Part shown: positions 55,686 through 64,000 of the stretch, in pieces
Layout of the letters: the number at the start of each line of letters is the position of its first letter
Numbering within the stretch: position 1 is the stretch's first letter
Source: Eledone cirrhosa
Lineage: Eukaryota
Length of the DNA stretch: 64,000 bases
Reading direction: 5' to 3'
Assembly (NCBI GenBank): GCA_964016885.1
Contig: OZ024741.1
Span: forward strand, 150,474,001-150,538,000
Translations under genes and position numbers: made by a program
The notes under the pieces: generated by a model
What the model was told of the DNA's origin: nothing
The model's input: the letters and a program-made list of their open reading frames with translations, nothing else
The model's database searches: none

Positions 55686-55847
55686 TTATCCCCCCTTGTT
55701 TGCTGAAAATTTAAAGTAAGTGAGACTGTCACTACTCTAAAACAATAGCGTAAGGTCTTCGAAATGCTTTTAATTAAGCATACAGTGTATTGCAAAATAC
55801 ACTGTATATACATTCATATATATATCGCTATTTCAGAGCACCAATTC

Positions 55848-55891
<44 letters not shown>

Positions 55892-55959
55892 CTTTCGTCA
55901 AATCGGACCGAGGAAAAAATGTTTCCGTTGGTCTTTCCAGTTGCTAGTACTATCTATCG

Positions 55960-56097
55960 GTCGCAACTCCAGGTAGAAGGAGTAACGTGAAATAAAGTGT
56001 CTTGCTCAAGGACATAACGCATCGCTCGGTCCAGGAATCGAACTCAAAACCTCAAGATTGTGAATCCAATTCTCTAACCACTCAGCCACACGCCTTC
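55960..56097 (-). mobile_element. Second tRNA-derived SINE family
   Basis: Minus strand: ggcgtgtggctgagtggttag (A box), gagttcgattcc (B box), gtccttgagcaagacactt. Confidence 0.75.
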
Positions 56098-56477
56098 ATC
56101 ATATATATATATATATAAACAGCTGTTGGCTTAGGAAGACTAGAGAAAATAGTCTAGATAACAGGGTATATAAGCCCACTTAATTGAAATAATGGACATT
56201 AGTACGTAATGGACTCGAGTTCACATCTTCATCATTGCTGGACCTGTATGCTACCATTACACCAGTGCTCGTCGGATTTTCCTCCGTTAATTTGAGCCTA
56301 TACGAGAAATAAACATTCGAACGTCTGTTTTAGAAACTATGAGCACAATTTGAAATCTATGAGCATGTTTGGGGTTTCTACGAATTTTGGCTATATGCTC
56401 TATTATTTAGACTATTTTCTTTATTCTCATAGATTTCAAGTTCCGCTTATCCTTTCTGAAACACTCGTTCACCCCAA

Positions 56478-56566
<89 letters not shown>

Positions 56567-58233
56567 AATAGTTTAAGCAATTGGTGAAACTTCATAATTA
56601 CTAGCACCTTTCTTTTCATAACGATATTACACAATATTTAATCAGATTAGCGTCGATTTCTCATGTATAATATGTCTTAATTGTGATTTACGTCAAGCGA
56701 ACACGTGGAATGATTAGTTACTTCACTTACACTTAATTTAACGAACATGCTGATCCGTTGATCGAAAACCGAAACCCTCGTCGAGACCGATGGAGCTCAA
56801 TTCAATTCTATTCTACTGGCAGTAATCAACCATAATAATAGGCCACGTGCGTTTGTATATCTATTTATATATCTGTTTGTAAAATTTACGCACACAAACA
56901 TTCCTACAAACATTTCCAGTCACAAGGTCCTGAGTTCTAGCTCCAAATTTGCTCATGTAAGTAGCTATATCTCCAAAGTTACGCACACATTTAACTATGT
57001 ATGCCATTTATACACATTTGCTGAATATTTATGAATTTTATCTTGGAAATAAATTATTAGATTACAATTTTTATTTCTAATCACTCTCATGTGTCAGTAA
57101 TGAACATAATAGCTATGATTAGCTTTCTATTTATGACAGACACCACAGGTTGAGGTCCACTATCCCATTATTTTCCTTTTCTTTTTTTTTTCGTCCTTTT
57201 ATTTGTGCTGTTTGTTTTATCACACACGCATCATACCAGCAGAAAGATTTATTCTTATGTTGCACAATCCTGCATTTTAAAATGATACTCTCAATTGAAT
57301 CGTGCGAAACCATTTTGCTGGTTTAAGAGCTGATGACGTGTGTGTGTAAGCTTGTCTTGTACATCGCATTTATTTATTTCCTCTTCCGGTTACTTATGTA
57401 CTCCAACACACTTCTCCTTGTCCTCCTCCTCTTTCAATCTTTTCTATATTCCATCTGCCTTTCACCACATTGTGCTGAATACTGGTCGCTGGTCTCTGTC
57501 ATCTGAAGCATTTTTGCCCATCTCTGACTTTGAGAGCATTTAGCCGTTTTAACAGCTGTTCTAGCATCGAGTTTTTCTTTTTTATATGTATTCAAATACA
57601 CGCTCGCTTCGTCTCAATCAGAGACAACATTGTTTTTTCATATAAACTATAAGATTTTTCTTATGTAAACCATTAATTTATCAAAACGTAAATGTCTCAG
57701 TTAGAATTGTAGTTTATTTATGCAGTAATCCTGGTACACTGATCCTGGGCTCTTTGCTATTGCTGTCATTAATGATGGTACAGGTCCATTAGTCCATAAT
57801 AATAACGAATCTTTGATGCTCCATGTAGAAAAATGGCGTCCTTCTTCATTAATGATGACATGATTTAGTTGAGACTTCATTTCATTGATTCTTCTCCACC
57901 TCCCCTTTTCCCTATATTGTTTGATTTCATTGTTTGGTTATTTTATCTATTCATAAATCATCTTCAACTTCAGTTGCTTTCTTAATAATAAGTTACTTAG
58001 CCAGCTGTTATTTCTTTATATTAACCGCATTCCATTGTTAGGTAGAAATACCATTATTTTTCATTATTAAAACTCTACCCAACCTCATCTGCACCCGGAA
58101 TACTGATTTCCTCCACCAGATTAACACGAAGAAATCATCATACTTAAGAAATGAGCCCTATTTTTACTTTGTCTCTTTTTCTTTTACTCATTATGATATT
58201 GAAAACGTATTTTGTAAATTAGAATCGAATGAA

Positions 58234-58235
<2 letters not shown>

Positions 58236-58264
<29 letters not shown>

Positions 58265-58401
58265 CTTCTTCTTCTTCTTCTTCTTCTTCTTCTTCTTCTT
58301 CTTCTTCTTCTTCTTCTTCTTCTTCTTCTTCTTCTTCTTCTTCTTCTTCTTCTTCTTCTTCTTCTTCTTCTTCTTCTTCTTCTTCTTCTTCTTCTTCTTC
58401 T
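58236..58401. repeat. (TTC)n microsatellite
   Basis: Direct reading. Confidence 0.95.
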
Positions 58402-59023
58402 ATGCAGAATGTAGATACCATATCAATACAATTCAAAACATTTTTATAAAATTTAAAAGCATTATATAATGTCAATAATAAATTGTAATTCCTTATAAGA
58501 TATTGATGATAAATTGTAATTACGTGTACTGCAAGGTTTTATAAAAATACAAATAAAGTAAGAAAATAAAATAAAAAATAGAAACAAAAAAGAAAATTAA
58601 TTAAACGAAAAGAATGATTTTCCACAAATGAAAATCTTACAATCAAACACACGAACCACAGCGAAATACCGTACAAATATTTTTAATTATCATTAAATAC
58701 AGCTCTTATCTAGTTTAGTTTCTTATTTTAACGTACAATTATTGGAAATATTATGGACGCAGCTATTGTTGAGTGGTTTAGAAGTTAGTTCCGCAACCAC
58801 AAGACGCAGGTCTGATCCCAATGCGTAATATATGGATCCGGTGTATATATATATATATATACTTTATATAACTTTATATAACTTTATATAACTCCGGTGT
58901 ATATATATATATATACTTTATATAACTTTATTTTACACTACTCCTGAGTAACCAAACCAACCTGCGCACTTCGTCGAGTGCTCCAGCCTGCATACTGAGG
59001 TGTTGGTATACAACCAACATAAA

Positions 59024-59070
<47 letters not shown>

Positions 59071-59075
<5 letters not shown>

Positions 59076-59348
59076 CAAGGACGAATGGTTACTCCATCAT
59101 TACGTCTATTGGTTGGCGACGCGCGTTTCGCTACGGATCAGCTCAAGGTTCGATCTATATCAATCTAGCTCGACTCTGGAATCAGAAACTCGTCGAACCT
59201 CTGACATCACTACAACAGAAGTCCGACGAGCTACTGATTCCAGAGTCAGGCAGGATCGATATAGATTGAGCCTAGAGCTGATTAGTAGCGAAACGCGCGT
59301 CACTAATCAATAAACGTAATTATGGAGTAACCATTCGTCCTTGTATTA
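59071..59348. mobile_element. Fold-back element after (TA)n
   Basis: taatacaaggacgaatggttactccat ... atggagtaaccattcgtccttgtatta; arms ~130 bp, centre ~59208. Confidence 0.78.
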
Positions 59349-59375
59349 TTACAGTAACTCCATGTTGCACTTCCT

Positions 59376-59424
<49 letters not shown>

Positions 59425-59504
59425 TTATTCCGGGTTGAATCGGGGCTTCCTGGTGATTTCTCACGAATGAAACAGTTCTAGTCCTGTAGAAGCTTTTCTA
59501 TATT

Positions 59505-59711
<207 letters not shown>

Positions 59712-59872
59712 GTATATATATGAATTTTGTAGGTAGAAAAGTGGCAGTGATTATAAAGATTCATTTCATCTGGTTGCGTCCTGTGGAGACGGTAGATTGT
59801 AGAAAATAGATTTCTGCATTCTACATTCATTCTGAATACTGAGTGTTTGAATGTCTTAAACACTATGATATG

Positions 59873-59910
<38 letters not shown>

Positions 59911-60301
59911 ATAGTAATAAATTTGAAGACTATGATCCAAAGATATGGATAAATATATATCAAATATATAAGAACCGTAGAGCAAATATTTAAATATTTA
60001 TTAAAATAACAGATTAAAGTTTAAGCAAAGAATTGCTGCTTTCACCCTTAACGGGATCTTCTGAAACTAACAAAGTCAATCTGTGAACGCAGAAGTGAAT
60101 ATTTCAAAAAACGTTGCAACGGGAGGAAGACAGGAAGACGATACTTTGGTTCGTGGAAACGTTCTCTGGCAAAGAACGGGAAAAAACGAATATAATACGT
60201 CATTATTTGGAGCGGTGAAAAACAATTACACGCAAAGACAAAACCACGTTTATGGTATAAAAGAAGTCGTAGATGAATATTCTATTAGGTGGTTCATAAT
60301 A

Positions 60302-60405
<104 letters not shown>

Positions 60406-61439
60406 CATTATCGGAGAAAGCTAATAGCGATACTATATATATATATATTTATATATATATAGGAAATGACTAAACAGAGGTAAAAAGTCTTATTAGTTTC
60501 ACGCTTTATATGGAAAAGGGGAAACAAAGTTCAACGTGTCGGCCTTTAGTCCTTTTTCAGGACTACAAAAATAGAGACAGAATCACAGATACAGAAAATA
60601 AAAGGTAGTCCAAGTATAAAAAAAAACGAACATCTCTATATAAAGATATCAACCTCATTGCACCAGCTTAGCTGCTGATCGAACTTCGAATATGCTGTAC
60701 TATTGTATTACTATCTCCTAGACCTAATGATTAATTGATTAATTTAATTTGACAATTCCATTGATTGGTTAATTATTTAAGTTTGTTTAATAACGGTCAG
60801 GTTGAGTGCTTAATTCGGTTTGTGTATGGAATTTTTTCCATTGACCACCAGAAACCGGGGTTACCTCCCTTGGGAGTAACATGTGCTCCACACCGGGTTT
60901 TGCGTTAGAACGAAAGCCTGTTGAGAAAGTAAAATTCCACTGTTCGATCTTCCAGAAATCTAACTTGTATACACCACAAGCGGATTTTGTTGATTTTGGA
61001 TTTACAGAAACCTCACTTGGATATTCAGTAATTTCGAAGTTACGGTCGAGGTATGTTATATATACAGATGTATGTATGTATGTATGTATGTATGTATGTA
61101 TGTATGTATGTATGTATGTATGTATGTATGTATGTATGTATGTATGTATGTATGTATGTATGTATGTATATGTGTGTGTGTATGTGTGCGTGTGTGTATT
61201 TCCTTTTCTCACTAGTCGGTTCTTTCGTTGCTACAGATCACGCGGCTGAATTAGCGGTCGCTATTTTCAATTTGCAAGCCCTTTAAACTGTATGTTATTA
61301 CTCTGAGAACTATTCCTTGTCGAGTGCTTGGCTGCACTACTGAAGGCATTCGTTAGCTTGGCTGCTGATCGAACTTCGAATATGCTGTACTATTGTATAT
61401 ATATATATTTGTATATATATATACATACATATATATACG

Positions 61440-61551
<112 letters not shown>

Positions 61552-61575
61552 TATCTATCTATATATCTATATATA

Positions 61576-61649
<74 letters not shown>

Positions 61650-61683
61650 TATCTATCTATATATCTATATATATATATATATA

Positions 61684-61735
<52 letters not shown>

Positions 61736-61739
<4 letters not shown>

Positions 61740-62110
61740 TAAAAACATTAGTGTCTGCAGTTCTGTCCACATGCCAACACAAGAGCAAGAATGAAGGTTT
61801 CATTCTACTGACATGGCTTTAAAAATGAGGCTTGTTTTTATAATTGCTGATCAGTGGATCTGCTAATATGCAGATCTGACTGATCAGCCAGTCTGCTAAT
61901 ATGCAAATCAGGCCGATCAGTCACTGTTTATTTTAGAAAATAGCATATATTTTCACTAGCTCTGACAGTTGGCAGGTGAACAGTCAGCTGTACTGATGAA
62001 AGGTGATACCCAGAAACCTTAGTGTCTGCAGTTCTGTTTACATGCCAACACAAGAGCAAGTATGAAGGGTTAATTCTACTGACATGGCTTTAAAAATATG
62101 GCTTGTTTGC
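61736..62110 (+). mobile_element. ~271-bp-unit element (1.3 units) after (TA)n
   Basis: tagtgtctgcagttctg..catggctttaaaaat at 61749 and 62020. Confidence 0.7.
61986..62033 (+). ncRNA. Hammerhead motif
   Basis: agctgta-CTGATGA-aaggt(gat)accca-GAAA-ccttagt-GTC-tgcagtt; 7-bp stem I, weak stem II. Confidence 0.62.
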
Positions 62111-62329
62111 ATGATTACAAACGAATCAAATGTTATTAATAATATTCGAAAAACTCAAGCCGTTTCGACGGCTATTTCTGGACTCTACTACCCTAAGTGT
62201 TGAGTATTCTGGTGCGTTATGGTCCATCTGGTTCCTTACCACAACTCCTTCGTTATATATATATATATATGTATGTATGTATATATGTATGCATGTATGC
62301 ATGCATGCATACTTAGATACACGCATACA

Positions 62330-62371
<42 letters not shown>

Positions 62372-62412
62372 CATATATATATATATATACATTTACATAT
62401 AAGAGCCTCCTC

Positions 62413-62491
<79 letters not shown>

Positions 62492-62534
62492 TATATACAT
62501 ATATATATACATATATATATACATATATATATAC

Positions 62535-62615
<81 letters not shown>

Positions 62616-62740
62616 TATACGAAAACCCACTTCAATAAAGTCCTTTTACAATATTAAAACCAAGCGAAAACAAACATGTATAAAGACTCACATTAATCCC
62701 CTATAATTTAATGAGCTGAAGGTATAGATTCCAGGCTCTT

Positions 62741-62984
62741 TATAAATCAGTATATGTAGAGAAGTTCACATAGATGTATGTGTTTAATCATAGGAAAGGT
62801 GAATACAGATCAATTAAAAGAATAAATTAAAGTGTACTTACCATCCTATAATAACTATTACACCTGGACATGCTGAAATTAGAGTATGTTTCGCCACAAA
62901 AAGTGAAGATTACATATATATTGTAGAGGGCTATGATTAAACATATGAATTCTGTGTGAACTTCTCTCTATATACCGATTTATA
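62741..62984. repeat. Diverged inverted repeat ending in (TA)n
   Basis: tataaatcagtatat..agagaagttcaca..tgtttaatcatag versus ctatgattaaacat..tgtgaacttctct..tataccgatttata. Confidence 0.65.
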
Positions 62985-63529
62985 TATATATATATAGAGA
63001 GAGAGAGAGTGTGTGTGTGAGTATAACTAAAGTTTCATGCACTTAATATGTATGTGCGAGCATGTGCCGGATGAGAGACCAGGTTGGTAGAGCCTCCTCC
63101 ACCATATAGTGGTGGCCATAACTGGACCCCGAAAACAATAATCGCTCATTATGAATGAAACTTTATTTATAATAAATAAGCTCTCTTGCAATATATTCAG
63201 CATTGTTATCCTTGGCCTTTTATCTACGGATATCCTGTATACATGCATACATGCATACATGCATACATGCACACACACAGACACACACGAGCGCGCGCGC
63301 ATATATATATGTCTACTGTCATCACAGCTGGATGGTAATATATGACAAGCGACATATCCCCGTGATTGCATAACTACACCTATGATTGTATAAGCATCTG
63401 ATGAAGTCACATGTAACAACAATACACAAGCAATAAAGCAATTATGGTGAAATAACCCCGTCTTAACTACTTTTATTTGATATATATATATATATATATA
63501 TACATATATATAAAAATATAGGCACACAC

Positions 63530-63568
<39 letters not shown>

Positions 63569-64000
63569 TACTTATACTTATATATATACACACACACGTA
63601 TATATATATAAAATCCAAAATGTAATTACAATGCAACAAAAAATAAAATTAAGAAAATTTATTTGAAGTTTGCAAAATTTGAAATGAAAACTTTATCCCG
63701 TTACTTCTAAAATAAACAAGAAAAAAAAAAAAGAAAAAACAACAAATACCTACCACCCCGCTTCCCCACTACCCTATCAAAGTCCGTTTGAATTGAATTT
63801 CTAAAACATTTGAGCTTAATTAATTTGAGTAATTAATTGATTTGAAAATGAGGTTCCGTGTAATTGTGTTCAGGCTGGCTGATATGCGATAGGTAACTGG
63901 CGGCGGCGGCGGTGACAATGAATGGTTGTGGTGGTGGTAGCGGTAGTTGCAACGGGTGATGATGGTGATGTTGATGTAGGTGGTGGTAGTGATATTGGTA

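Larger units (their letters stand above)
55171..55853. mobile_element. ~321-bp-unit element, sister of 39396-40410: 1.1 units, then an inverted unit; (TA)n flanks
   Basis: Shared tattttgcaatacact..gcttaattaaaagcatt..gaagacc; inversion at ~55526. Confidence 0.85.

Noticed and set aside
57130-58200. Possible minus-strand coding remnant (WNIERLKEEE..)
   Set aside because: Fragmentary; may be an ancient LINE, but no diagnostic motif could be confirmed.
60040-60068. Hammerhead-like cagaaga-tccc..gggt-gaaa on the minus strand (relative at ~37420)
   Set aside because: Core and triplet mutated; not called as a ribozyme.
63390-63425. CTGATGA motif (also at ~29062, ~42660 and CTGAGGA at ~18050)
   Set aside because: No correctly placed GAAA with closing stems.

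Overview
Eukaryotic, AT-rich, microsatellite-saturated intergenic or intronic DNA with no recognisable host protein-coding gene. The abundant tRNA-derived SINE looks like the Octopus/cephalopod SINE family, so the host assignment is inference. The window is a nested set of mobile elements. (1) Two families of R4/Dong-clade RLE non-LTR retrotransposons: two full-length but frameshifted copies plus several truncated ones, nearly all ends abutting (TACA)n/(TATG)n. (2) Several decayed Penelope-like elements (PLEs) with GIY-YIG domains, both Neptune-like and Naiad-like. (3) RTE and HERO-like LINE fragments, about a dozen SINEs, a ~590-bp AT-rich satellite, and a 9-kb hAT-type element with perfect TIRs and an 8-bp TSD that encloses other elements. 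(4) Most interesting: many short non-coding elements sitting in (TA)n tracts, built as tandem plus inverted 270-560-bp units, each carrying a type-I hammerhead ribozyme motif (retrozyme / solo-pLTR-like). Several unrelated families use the compensatory U3:A8 core (UUGANAA) instead of CUGANGA, and one has a ~100-nt stem II. All ribozyme calls are folded by eye, not tested.
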